From positions 74,028,001-74,092,000 of the forward strand of contig CM060733.1 of assembly GCA_030704615.1 (NCBI GenBank): 64,000 bases of DNA. The letters run 5' to 3'. The DNA comes from Takakia lepidozioides. Its lineage: Eukaryota > Plantae > Bryophyta. The position numbers and the translations under genes are program-made. The notes beneath the pieces were generated by a model. The model saw only the letters and a list, made by a program, of their open reading frames with translations, was not told the origin of the DNA and made no database searches. Positions 49,401 through 62,053 of this stretch are shown in pieces; position 1 is the stretch's first letter, and each line of letters opens with the position of its first letter.

Positions 49401-51515
49401 TTCCGTTCTGGAGAGTATGAAAGTCTCAAACGGACGGAAATGCGGTGCAGCATTTCCGTCCCTCAGCTCCATGCCTCAGATACCAAAAGGAAATGCGGCG
49501 CCGCATTTCCGTTCTGGAATGTCGGAAGGTGCGACTCGGACGGAAATGCAGTGCCACATTTCAGTTCCGATGGTTCACGATTTTCAGTCAAAACGGAATT
49601 GTGGTACCGCATTTCCGTTATGGAGAGTATGAAGGTCTCAAACGGATAGAAATGCGGTGCAGCATTTCTGGCCCTCATCTCCATGCCTCAGATACAAAAC
49701 AGAAAGGCGGCGCCGCATTTCCGTTTTGGAATGTCGGAAGGTGCGACTCGGACGGAAATGCGGTGCCGCATTTCAGTTTCGAGGGTTCACGATTGTGAGT
49801 CAGAACGGAAATGCGGTACCGCATTTCCGTTCTGGAGAGTATGAAGGTCTCAAACGGACGAAAATGCGGTGCAGCGTTTCTGTCCCTCAGCTCCATGCCT
49901 CAGATACAAAACGGAAATGCGGCGCCGCATTTCCGTTCTGGCATGTCGGTAGGTGCGACTCAGACGGAAATGCGGTTCCGCATTTCAGTTCCGATGGTTC
50001 ACGATTTTGAGTCAAAACCGAAATGCGGTACCGCATTTCTGTTCTGGAGAGTATGAAGGTCTCAAACGGACGGAAATGGGGTGCAACATTTCCGTTCCTC
50101 CGCTCCATGCCTCAGATACAAAACGGAAGTGCGGCGCCGCATTTCCGTTCTGGAATGTCGGAAGGTATGACTCGGACGGAAATGCGGTGCCGCATTTCAG
50201 TTCCGATGGTTCACAATTTTCAGTCAGAACGGAAATGTGGTACGGCATTTCCGTTCTGGAGAGTATGAATGTCTCAAATGGAGGGAAATGCGGTGCAGCA
50301 TTTCCGTCCCTCCGCTCCATGCCTCAGATACAAAACGGAAATGCGGCGCCGCATTTTCGTTCTGGATTGTCAGAAGGTGTGACTCGGACGGAAATGCGGT
50401 GCCGCATTTCAGTTCCGATGGTTCACAATTTTCAGTTAGAACGGAAATGCGTTACGGCATTTCCGTTCTGGAGAGTATGAATGTCTCAAACGGACGGAAA
50501 TGCGGTGCAGCATTTCCGTCCCTCAGCTCCATGCCTCAGATACCAAACGGAATGCGGCGCCGCATTTCCGTTCTGGAATGTCGGAAGGTGCGACTCGGAC
50601 GGAAATGCGGTGCCACATTTCAGTTCCGATGGTTCACGATTTTCAGTCAGAACGGAAATGTGGTACCGCATTTCCGTTCTGGAGAGTATGAAGGTCTCAA
50701 ACGGATAGAAATGCGGTGCAGCATTTCTGTCCCTCATCTCCATGCCTCAGATACAAAACAGAAAGGCGGCGCCGCATTTCCGTTTTGGAATGTCGGAAGG
50801 TGCGACTCGGACGGAAATGCGGTGCCGCATTTCAGTTTCGAGGGTTCACGATTTTGAGTCAGAACGGAAATGCGGTACCGCATTTCCGTTCTGGAGAGTA
50901 TGAAGGTCTCAAACGGACGAAAATGCGGTGCAGCATTTCTGTCCCTCAGCTCCATGCCTCAGATACAAACGGAAATGCGGCGCCGCATTTCCGTTCTGGA
51001 ATGTCGGAAGGTGCGACTCGGACGGAAATGCGGTGCCGCATTTCAGTTTCGATGCTTCAGGATTTTCAGTCAGAACGGAAATGCAGTACCGCATTACCGT
51101 TATGGAGAGTATGAAGGTTTCAAACGGACGGAAATGCGGTGCAGCATTTATGTCCCTCAGCTCCATGCCTCAGGTACAAAACGGAAATGAGGCGCCGCAT
51201 TTCCGTTCTGGTATGTCGGAGGGTGCGACTCGGATGGAAATGCGGTGCCGCATTTCAGTTCCCGTGGTTTATGATTCTGAATCTGAACGGAAATGCGGTA
51301 CCGCATTTCCGTTCCACCTTCACATACCGTACTTGTTGGATGGAAATGCGGCACCGCATTTCCGTTCTGGAGAGTATAAAGGTTTCCCCCGGATGGAAAT
51401 TCGGTGCCGCATTTCCGTCGCACTGGTGCTTGCCTATGATGTAAAACGGAAATGAGGCGCCGTATTTCCGTCCAACAGCAATCAAAAGTATCACTCCGGA
51501 CGGAAATGCGGAACC
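43440..51515. repeat. 8-kb higher-order array: 212-bp unit of four 53-bp monomers, each starting with palindrome GGAAATGCGGNNCCGCATTTCC (about 150 monomers)
   Basis: Four recurring spacers (TGGAATGTCGGAAGG; CCGATGGTTCACG; GGAGAGTATGAAGG; CTCAGCTCCATGCC); ORF offsets of 212 (49463, 49675, 49887). Confidence 0.97.
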
Positions 51516-51917
51516 TCATATCCGCATGCGGAACCTCAATGGGTTGCATTGTTCCGAAACAACACAATTGCGGCCTGTCTTAATGAGCCCAACTTGGTTT
51601 TATATCCGTTTTAACTAACAGTCCTGACACTTGTTAGTGCGAACGTTCATGTCTGCACCGAGAATACTGGTGGATCCACCCTCAGGAGAAACTGTCAGGA
51701 GACGATATTTCGTCGCCGAATCGGCCATCATTGTCATACTTACTGGATATGGAATCACACCTTCCACCTTCATGCATGTAGCTTGAAACAATACTTTCCA
51801 CTTCAATGTGCGACTTCCAATCGTCGATGGACTCCGCAGATCCACTTACATGGTGCCTGTGAGCCTTGGTCTGTCGCTATACTGAACCTCGCACTTGCCA
51901 ACTTCGTGCGGTCTTCA

Positions 51918-54900
51918 ATGGCTCCGAATTCCTACGCTATAGTTTGCTGCCCTCCGCAACTTGGGAGAGCCTGGATCCCAAACGAGGGAGGACTTTGCAG
52001 AGTGACTGAAACTTACCTTTGTTCCAAATTCAAGCTCAAACCGGGCACAGTTTATTTGGAAGAAGAAAGGAAGGATGTTCCTGGACAGGTTGACGAGACC
52101 ATTGTCGTGCTAGGTATCGACGGAGGTTGCGGAATCGAATGGCACGTACCCCCATCAGACACCATCCTGTACCGAGCTGTGGGAATGCCCATTCCCTTTC
52201 CGAATCAGTCGCTGTCCACACCATCCACAAAGGAGTCGGGAAACCGACTGGCGGCCACTGCCAACAGAGAGGTATGCAACGATAATCATTCCCGACCTGG
52301 ACCGTCAAGACCCTCCATAGCTTCTCGTGTAGATGTATTCGACATTTCCGACGAGGAAGATGAGTGCATTGAGGTCCCCATGTCCTCCACACGGTCGTTC
52401 AAATCCGACATGGACGTCTCTGCAGGTGCTACGCATGTACCCTCGAGCATAACTCCAACCCGGTCCATTGTGCAGCTCCTACGGCAACATCACCTCGATG
52501 GTTCTCGCTCCGAGCTGGCTGCTCTCGACTATGCCAAATTTCCAGTCAGGAAGGTAACGTATCTGCCTCCCGAAGTCGATGGCAATGTCATCTTCGAGTT
52601 TCCACTTGTTACTTCGTCAAACAAAGCCTCAGGGATGTTAACAGACATGGATCAAAAGCATGATGGACACCCCTGGTGTGTGACGAAGACCAGTAGCATG
52701 AAAATTGCTGATGGTGTTCGTGTACGATACGTCCTCTGTGCGGGGAACCTGAGGTGCCTCAATCCCGCCTGCTTCCACTTTCTCTCCAAAGGAGGGCGGA
52801 GAAACGAGACGGATTGGACTGGCACAACCCATCATCCATTCATTGTCTCCAGCCAAGCTCCTGCGGGTACTTTCAAGTGCGCACATTGCAAGAACCACCG
52901 ACGTGCATGTCCATGTGCAGAGCCAAGCAATATTACGTAATCCATTTGCTCCTGGACTTGACTAGAGCTTGCATACACGTTGGGGTCCACTGCCATCCCT
53001 TGGCAAGAGGCAACATGCGTGAGGCTGTGCATGAAGCACACAACATCATAAAAAAGGAGGTGAAATTGAGCCCCGGAGCCAGACCAAAGCAGATTCAGCT
53101 GAAGGCAGCCCACAAGATTGCTCTTGGAAAAATCATGTCTGAAGATGGTTCAGACCGAGTGCCCTTGAACGAAGAGGAGATGCTTGACCTGTTGGAGTCC
53201 GTCTCGCACGTTTGTAGTCCGAATGTGCGGAATCACATCGTATCTTGCAAGCAGGAGTTTGGCCGGGGGTCGGACATGCACTCAATCCTGGAGGTGAAAC
53301 GAATGACTGGATATGACTACATCCAAGGTAGCAGGTTTCCAGGGCAAGGCAGCGAATCCGATCGTTGTTACATTTTTAAAATGTCGACGTGTGGGCTTGG
53401 GAGTGGAGTCGACTTGGTCACTCGCATGATAACTGGAAACTTGTCGAATGCTTGGGTGATGTCATCAAGCGAATTACAAACCATCAGTGGGTGACTATGG
53501 GTGCGCATGTTTATGACTATCACTCCAAGAGGCTCATGACGATTGCAATCTGCGAGATGAAAGGGAGGACACACAGTCGGAGATGCATCTGTGGGAGGGC
53601 ATAAACGAGCAGATGGCAAGGGCAGGATTGCCAGTGCCCAATTTCAGAGGATTCATGGCAGACAACGCTCAGGCCAATTGGGCAGCGGTGCGGCGTGTAT
53701 ACGGTGAGGACCCCAATGTTCCAATGGAGGGGAAAGAGAGATCCTGTGGATTCCATTGGATTCAGAGTCTATCTCACTACACTACCAAATTTGTTGCTAG
53801 CTCATTCCAGGCTGAACACCGTGTCCTTTGTACGGCGTGGAAGGATGCACCCACATTTGATGACGCGGAGGTTAAGTTTGCTATCATCGAGGCTTGGTGG
53901 AACACGTTAGGTGCAGTGGAGACAACCAATCTGGGAGCCTTGCACAGCTGGTTGGGGTGGTGGCATTTCCGGTATCGACAGTTCGGACAGTACATGCGAG
54001 AGGTATGATGTTGTCATTTTTGTGCAATTGTCTTTCTATTACGGACCTTTCAATTGGTCCCTCACCATTGTTTGTGTCCTTGTAGGAGTGGTGCTTGGAT
54101 TCCGACACGGACATGCCGAACACGAATATGGCAGAATCAGTCCACTCCTCCTGGCGAGCGTCTTCTACCGCACATCTGGTGGACGTAGTGACGGCCACAA
54201 CGGAGGACATCGACAGAGCAATCATGCAGCAAGCCACGTACTACAGGTTCCTGACCGGGAAACAATGGGGCTTTGGGCCGGACAGGGAGGAATTGTTGGT
54301 ACGAACAGCTTTGAGGTCGAAGAATCCACTGAAATGGGCGACAGCATTGCGAGAGAAGATCAAAGGGACGCCTCTGCACCGCAGAGGTGAACACCTAGAG
54401 GGGGACGTCCGTACTCGCCCTGTGAGGCGGAGGATTGAAGAGGAACCCGGGTGCGAAGAGGATTCCTTGAGATCCGAAAGGAACATTCGGATAGCACCTC
54501 AAGGTCCCGTCATGTTGCCGCATAATGTGTCTTCCAACAGTGGAAGCCCAAGAAATTCCAGATTGCCATCGCCTTCAAGCGGGGATTCCGTGCGAGAAAT
54601 TCCCACCGCTCGCTTGCCCGAGATTCTGCCCGCTGTTATGCAGTATGGCCAAGCCATTGTGGAGACGACTGTGTCTGCGTCATAGTGGAGAATTGCTCGC
54701 ACAAAGCCGTCGTTTTGAGGCAAGTGTTCCGCAATTCGAGTGGATACACGGCAATGTTGTTTAGAGATGATAAGGAGGAATCCAGATGGGGCTGTCCCTG
54801 CTCCTACTTTTACATGAAAATTTGTTCATGCAAAGTTTGCGGAGGCGACAACCACCCAGTTTTGGTTCTGCAGGCACAACATTATGACTTGCATGTATGG

Positions 54901-55171
54901 AAAGCCCAAGTACGGCATACAAACAATGCCAGAGGCTCCCCCGGTGTGGCCGGTGGAACTAGGCTGCGATCTGAGTCAGGTCGAGGCCGACGCCCTTATC
55001 GCCGCAGGATTACGGATGGTGCAGCGCACTGACGTCCCCAGACAACCATTTCCGCTCCCACAGCCTCCATCACCGACCCCTGTGAGAGCAAGAACAATGG
55101 GACACGACACCTCTAAGCATCCTACACACCGTTGGGGGAAACCGAAGAGGAGGCGACCTCCCTCAAAATGA
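51918..55171 (+). pseudogene. Mutator-like DDE transposase with GCM-like zinc domain; frameshifted, 3'-truncated before SWIM
   Basis: DGHPW..CAGNLRC..CAHC..C..HVGVHCHP; GFMADNAQANWAAVRRVY; CGFHW (CxxH); TNMAESVH; in-frame GT-AG intron 54003-54085. Confidence 0.82.
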
Positions 55172-55240
55172 GGTTTACTATTTCATGAGCAGAAACCATG
55201 AGCCATGAGCCATGAGCTGCATGAGCCGCATGAGCGGTGA
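55170..55240 (+). other. Candidate element terminus GAGGTTTACTATTTCATGAGC plus CATGAGC repeats, truncating the transposase
   Basis: Begins exactly where RRRPPSK ends, whereas copy 1 continues into SWIM. Confidence 0.55.
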
Positions 55241-56262
55241 GCCGAAGTCTAAGACACGCGGATTTCATGAGCGGACTCCTCCAGATTTGGAAATGCGGCA
55301 GATTAGATAAGTATTAAAATAATAGTTTTTTATTTGACCTTACCATTTTTGGAAGTTCCACATCCTGTAATGCGGCGAAGATATGTCGTCAGTAACAAGT
55401 CCGCTCATGGTTTTTTAGATCCGCTCATGGAAATGATTGACCGTGCAACGAGAAATCCAGTATACAACGGCAAAATGACGTCGCATACTGGCCTGTATAG
55501 AGTATTCCGCGGTTTTACATGCCTTAACATTGGAATGAAGCTGACCCTTCTACCGTGATTGAACCAATAGAGTCTGACCCTTCTACCGTGATTGAACCAA
55601 TATAGTCTGCAGAGTCTGCGTACTTCACATTCTGTCATTTTCGGTTATCGGCGGGAAAGATTTCGACTCAACTGGAATGCGGTGCCGCCTTAGGGCTCGC
55701 ACGTTGCGAATTTTTGGGGGTTTGGTGTTGGCGACGGTCGGCTTCCCTGAAGCTGGTGCGACTATCTTGCTATGACGAAGGCCACATCTACTACCAATAC
55801 CTACGACGTTACTTGAAATGCGGTGCGCCGCATTTCCTTGCCGGGGGTCGAATGAGGAAAAACAAACAAGTTTGGGAGAGCAGAAAAACAGAACCCTCCA
55901 ACAACAAAAATACAAGCACGTAGAAACAGAAGTGAATGACATATATTATTTAGTTTCGAGCAAAACAGATTACTGGTAGGCAGACATAAGTCCGACTTTC
56001 TGGGGCAGACTCAGAGGTACTTGCACAGTACAGTTCTACTACAATTGAAACTCCGAAAAGAATGGGCGTACCATGGTTGGGGACCGCAAGCCAAGCTCAC
56101 TGGTCCCCTGGATCCATATTCAGAAGAGTGTGCACCTCTTGGGGCTCAACCTTGGTGCATGTATGAAGTGATGAGTTGTGGAATTACACCGGAGTCTCTT
56201 TAGGTACACGTAGTACAGATGCTTGCAAGGGCAGTATGATGCCCCCTTGTTCGCCATGATCT

Positions 56263-56956
56263 GTCAAGTCCGGGAGCCAATGGATTACGTAATATTGCTT
56301 GGCTCTGCACATGGACATGCACGTCAGAGGTTCTTTGCAATGTGCGCACTTGAAAGTACCCGCAAGAGCTTGGCTGGAGACAATGAATGGATGATGGGTT
56401 GTGCCAGTCCAATCCGTCTCGTTTCTCCACCCTCCTTTGAAGAGAAAGTGGAAGCAGGCGGGATTGAGGCACCTCAGCTTCCCCGCACAGAGGACGTATC
56501 GTACACAAACACCATCAGCAATTTTCGTGCTACTGGTCTTCGTCACACACCAGGGGTGTCCGTCATGCTTTCGATCCATGTCTGTTAACATCCCTGAGGC
56601 TTTGTTTGAGGAAGTAACAGGTGGAAACTCGAAGATGACATTGCCATCGACTTTGGGAGGCAGATACGTTACCTTCCTGACTGGAAATTTGGCATAGTCG
56701 AGAGCAGCCAGCTCGGAGCGAGAACCATTGAGGGGATGTTGCCGTAGGAGCTGCACAATGGACCGGGTTGGAGTTATGCTCGAGGGTACATGCGTAGCAC
56801 CTGCAGAGACGTCCATGTCGATTTGAACAACCGTGTGGAGGACATGGGGACCTCATGCACTCATCTTCCTCTCCTCGTCGGAAATGTCGAATACGTCCAC
56901 ACGAGAAGCTATGGAGGGTCTTGACGGTCCAGGTTGGGAATGATTATCATTGCATA
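56263..56956 (-). pseudogene. Near-identical inverted copy of the transposase GCM-like region (52273-52962), cut by LTR insertion
   Basis: ORF 56184-56816 nearly identical to part of 51783-52940. Confidence 0.88.
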
Positions 56957-57604
56957 TGTCGTGGCCCTTTGCCTTGAGGGCAGGGGGTCGGGACACAAGA
57001 GGGGCTGCCCCTGTGGTGGGGGGCAGTGGCAGCGATAGGTATGGGCCGAAGCACCCTTGAGTGCCCAAGGCACTCAAGGAGGCAGAGGCGCTCACTAGGT
57101 GGAGCCCCGCACACCGGGTTGCGGTGGGGGTGGCTCCACAAGGGGTGGTGGTAGCTTAACGGGACTTCGTGGGGGTGGCATAGGACTCACCCTGGGGCGG
57201 AGACCTCGTGGTGGGAGTCGTGGGGAGTCTTGGGACTCATCACGGTCCATAGGGGCCGTGGTGGGTGGGCCAAGACTCACCGCGACTCATCACCGGAGTC
57301 GAGGGTGTTCATGGTGGTTCGCCATAAATGGCATGGTTGTTTGTGAAACCCCCGCAGATAGCTACAGAAGTATATATAGGGAGTAGTAACCCGAGAACGG
57401 TGCAAGCCCGTTGGTGACCAAAAACTAGTGAGTAAGCGAGCGAGCCGGAGAGCGACCAAAGAGTGGGGAGCTGGTTGGGAGTTGGGCGCGCGCATCAAGC
57501 GAGTAACTATGACTTGAGGGGAGAGCTTACCGAAGTGAGGTGCGCGACATTTGGTATCAGAGCCTAGAGTTCAGTACGCGATCGTCCTTGGGATTGGCCT
57601 CATC

Positions 57605-60600
57605 ATGGGTCGGGCAAGCCAAAGCGAAAGCGAAACGGCCCAAAAGATGATGATCCTGGTGAGCCCGATGGGGGCGACGTGTCACCGAGCGGCCGTTTGA
57701 AGAAGCGATGCATGTTTCCGAAAACGAGGCCGCTCAAAGAGCGGGAGGAATCTGAGGAGTCGGAGCCTGAGGAATCCCTGAGAGCTCCGACCGACCACAG
57801 ATGCCTCCCATGCGGCAGCCTTTTGGGAAGGGTTGTGGCGCAATTTGGCGGGACGTTGAAAGACGTGTTGAAGGCGGCTAATGCCACTTCCACTAAGGCA
57901 AAGTTTAAGGTGAAGCCTAAGGAACCCGGCACCTTTGAGGGCTCCAAAATCGGAAGGCACTCAACACCTGGCTCTTGGAGCTAGAGCAGTACTTCCGGGC
58001 GGCCAAGTTGAGTGACGAGGATCGGGTGGAAGTGGCTCCCACCTATTTGAGGGCTATGCTCAACAATGGTGGCAAAAACGCCTTCACGACCGAGGTCCAA
58101 GCCGGAAACCTTGAAATGGAGTGGGTTCAAGGAATTGATGAAGAGGCAATTTGTGCCCCTCAACGCGTCCTGGCTCGCCCGGGACAAGATGAGGAATTTG
58201 AAGCAAATAGATGACATTCGGGGATATGTCCAGGCTTTCAATGTGCTGTTGCTCGAAGTCGCGGACATGGCAGAACCAAAATGGTCTTCAACTTTGTGGC
58301 GGGACTGGCCCCATGGGCCAGGCGGAAGTTGGAGGAGAAGCCACCTAAGACTTTGAACGAGGCAATTGAGAGGGCTGAATGTTTCTCGGATGTCCCTAAG
58401 GGTGAAAGACAAGGCCGTACGGAGCTGAACCACAAGAAGACCCGGCGGGAAGGTGACTCCTTCCGACCGGAAAAAAAGTGGGATAGGCCACGTGGCGACA
58501 ATGGCACGTGGAAATTGAAGGGAGGGCCTTCACAAGTCAAGGCGGCACCCGGTGCTCCGAAAGGAAAAGCAGGTGGAGCGGCCTATGGCGGACAGAAGGC
58601 GACCTTTGATGGAGTGTGTTTCAATTGCGGGGAGCCCGGGCACATGGCCAAGAAGTGCACGAAGCCCCGACAATTGAACATGACTCGGGCGACCACAGAG
58701 CTATCGGAAGATACCATCAGTCGCTTGGTGGAAGCGGTGGTCGCCAGGACTTGCAAGGTAGGCAAATTTTCTTGTGAGTTGTATCAGGAAACTGGCGCCT
58801 TACGTAAAGGGAGTCAGTTATTGTTCGTGGATGGGATAATATCCGGAACTAACGTGTCGTTGTTGGTGGACACAAGAGCGTCGCACTCCTTCATGACGCC
58901 GGCGGCGGCGCAAAAGTTGGGACTCCCGACAAGTGTCGGGGGGGCCTCTATTGAGGTGCGTTCTGCCAAAGGAGAACCACAGTTGGCAACAAGGGAGGGA
59001 CGTGAGAACTTCACCATCTGCGAGATCGATGGAGTGGATCTCATTTTGGGCATGACCTTTTTGAGCAAATCTGGAGCGGTCATAGATGGCCGCAAGAGAG
59101 TAGTCACGCTGCCATGTGGGAATGGTAGCGAGGTCTTACGTGTGTCGGAAACGCCCAAATCCGTGGGAGGGCCAATAAACCTTCTGTCAGCAAGGGAGTG
59201 GGCCGTGGAGGAGGCACACGAGCCCTTGTTTTTGCTCTACATTAGAGAAGTGAAGGGAGAAGACGATGGGGAGCCGAGCCCAGATTGGATCAAGGGGATT
59301 TTGGAGAAATACCAGGATATGATGCCGGAGGATTTACGGAGTTGACCACAAGATTGAGGTGATACCGGGATCGGAACCGCCTGCCAAGGCGCCCTACTGG
59401 TTGAGCGATAGAGAGTTGGTCGAGCTAAAGACTCAGCTCAAAGATCTAATGTCAAAGGGGTACATTCGGCCGAGTAAGTCACCTTACGGAGCCCCGGTGC
59501 TATTCGCAGACAAGAAGGATGGGACGCTGCGGATGTGTGTCGATTACAGGGCTTTGAATAAGGTGACTATCAAAAACCGGTACCCTTTGCCAAGGATCGA
59601 CGACCTTTTTGATCGGTTGGCAGGAGCGAAGTATTTCAGCCGGATCGATCTGCGCTCCGGCTATCATCAAATTTGAGTCGCGGAAGGAGATGAGGAGAAG
59701 ACCGCGTGCAGGACAAGGTATGGTTCATTTGAGTTCTTGGTGATGCCTTTTGGACTCACCAACGCTCCCCGCGACCTTTAGCACGCTGATGAACAGCCTT
59801 TTCCAGGAGTGGTTGGATGACTTTGTGATCGTGTACATCGACGACATCTTGGTGTATTCGAAAACAAAGGAGGAGCACCTGGAGCACCTAAAAAGGTTGT
59901 TCCGGAATTGCGGGAAGGGAAGCTGTATGCCAAAGCTTCAAAGTGCGAATTCGGGGTCACAAAGTGGAGTTCATGGGGCATGTGATTACACAGGATGGGA
60001 TCAGAATGGATGACAAGAAGGTGAGGGCAATCTTGGACTGGGAGCCTCCGACTTTGGTCCCGGGAGTGCGATCCTTCCTAGGACTCGCCTCCTATTACCG
60101 GAAGTATGTGAGAAATTTTGCCAAGATTGCGGGGCCGCTGTCAGACTTCTGTGTAAATCCAAAGTCTGGGCATGGAACACCTTTGTGGCCAAGCTTTTGC
60201 TGAATTAAAGCAGCAGATGGCGGAAGCTCCAGTCTTGAAAATCCTGGAGTTCGATCGTCCGTTCGACATTCATACAGATGCGTCGGACTTCGCGATTGGG
60301 GGTGTACTGATGCAAGATGGACGTCCAGTGGCTTACGAAAGTAAGAAACTGAATGAAGTGGAGCGACGGTGGCCGACGCACGAGAAAGAGATGAAAGCGG
60401 TGGTGCACTGTCTTGAGCTTTGGCGCCACTATGTTGGTTCCAACCCAGTGAAGGTGTTCACGGACAATGTCATGGTGAAGTATTTTGCCACGCAGCCCAA
60501 GTTGTCCCCAAAACAACTTAGGGTGGCAAGATACTTTGGCGGTGTTCGACGTGGATATCCAGTACAAACCGGGACGGGACAACGTGGTGGCCGATGCTTT

Positions 60601-62053
60601 AAGTAGAAAGCAACAGCTCTTGTTGGTGTACAAGGGCGAGACGGCGCTCCAAAGGAAGATCTGGAAGGCTTGCCGGAAGGATGAGCTGGCGAAGTCCGTG
60701 ATGCAGGACTTGAGGATGGGGGATAAATCGCAGTTCCACTTGCAAAATGGACTGCTTCAGTATAAGCAAAAGCGTCTCTACGTGCCGAAGGGAGGGATCA
60801 GAGATAGCCTCTTAAGAGAATGCCATGATAGCCTGCTGCGGGCCACGGCGGAGCCAAGCGCACTGCGGCACTCTTGAGAAAGAGTATTTCTGGCCCAAAC
60901 TGAGGGAGGAGACAGAGGAGTATGTCAAGACATGCACCACATGCCACCAAAACCGGAGCGAGTACAGAGGGGACTTGAGAAAGCGTCTCGATGGATTTCA
61001 TGACTGCTATGCCGCTGTCAAAAGGATTTGATTCAATTATGGTGGTGGTGGATAGGTTCAGTAAAATGGGCCATTTCATCCCCAAAAGGAGACGGCACGG
61101 CGCAGGAAACAGGGCGACTTTACTTCGCCCACGTCTTAAAGCATCATGGAGTCCCGAAGGATATTGTCTCGGACCGCGATCCAAAGTTTACGAGTAATTT
61201 TGGAGGACACTTTGGAAGAAGATGGGGACGAGGCTGAAGATGAGCACTGCCTTCCGACCTACGACCGACAGCCAAACGAAAAGAGTGAATTCCGTAGTGA
61301 AGCAGATCTTGCGGAATTACGTGTCGGCAGACCAAACAGACTGGGTGGAACACTTAGACACGGCAGAGTTCTGTTATAATAACACAGAACACTCCGCAAC
61401 GAGAGTTTCCCCTTTCGTATTGGTCTATGGAAAAGCACCTCTGGTGCCGACAAGTTGGGCCGCCCAGGACGTTGAGGAACCGGCAGTAGCGGCGGTACTG
61501 GAAGAATGCGAGCGTTTGTTGAAGCTCGCAAAGTACAACATTGCCAAAGCTAGGAAACGGTATGAAGGCAGGCGAATCGGAAGCGGAGGGAAGTGAAGTT
61601 TGAGGCAGGCACGGAGGTCTGGTTGAACATCAAGAATTTCCGACTACCTCCGGAAGTGAGACCAAGTTCGTACCCCGTATGCGGGACCCTTTCGCATCAT
61701 CGGAAGGTTATGAATGAGGATGTATATGAATTGGAGCTGCCGGCAAACAACAGGGTGCATCCGGTATTTCCACTCTCCCTTTTGAAGCCTTACTTCAAGA
61801 TGAAGCGCGTCCAAATCGGCATCAAGTGTTGCGTCCGCCACCTGTGCTGTTGGATCATGAAAATGAAACCTGAGTACGAGGTGGAGGCAGTACTTAGTCG
61901 ATGAGGTTCAAGAACCGAGAAACGGAGTATCTCGTCAAATGGAAGGGCTATCATCATGTGGAGGCATCTTGGGTGCGTGCCTCAGAATGGGAAACGCATC
62001 CGAGGGCGGTTGCAGTTTTCGAAGGGCGACCTCAAAAGCGGAAGAAGCGTTGA
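57605..62053 (+). pseudogene. gag-pol of element C with chromodomain
   Basis: CFNCGEPGH, YIDD, TDASDFAIG, MDF, EYEVEAVL; frameshifts and small deletions. Confidence 0.9.

Larger units (their letters stand above)
19871..55170. mobile_element. Most complete copy (copy 2) of composite DNA element: terminus, two RWNCC genes, small array, ParB/MTase-like gene (split by LTR nest), 8-kb array, Mutator-like transposase
   Basis: The same 22-bp palindrome is spread from 21151 to 51510 outside the LTR nest; layout shared with copy 1; boundaries inferred, no TSD. Confidence 0.5.

Noticed and set aside
43440-51515. CRISPR array (palindromic repeats with about 30-bp spacers)
   Set aside because: Only four spacers recur cyclically, there are no cas genes, and the context is eukaryotic.
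43400-51567. Dozens of ORFs such as MRCRISV and GNAAPHF
   Set aside because: Translations of the repeat in all six frames; the 53/212-bp period is not a multiple of 3.
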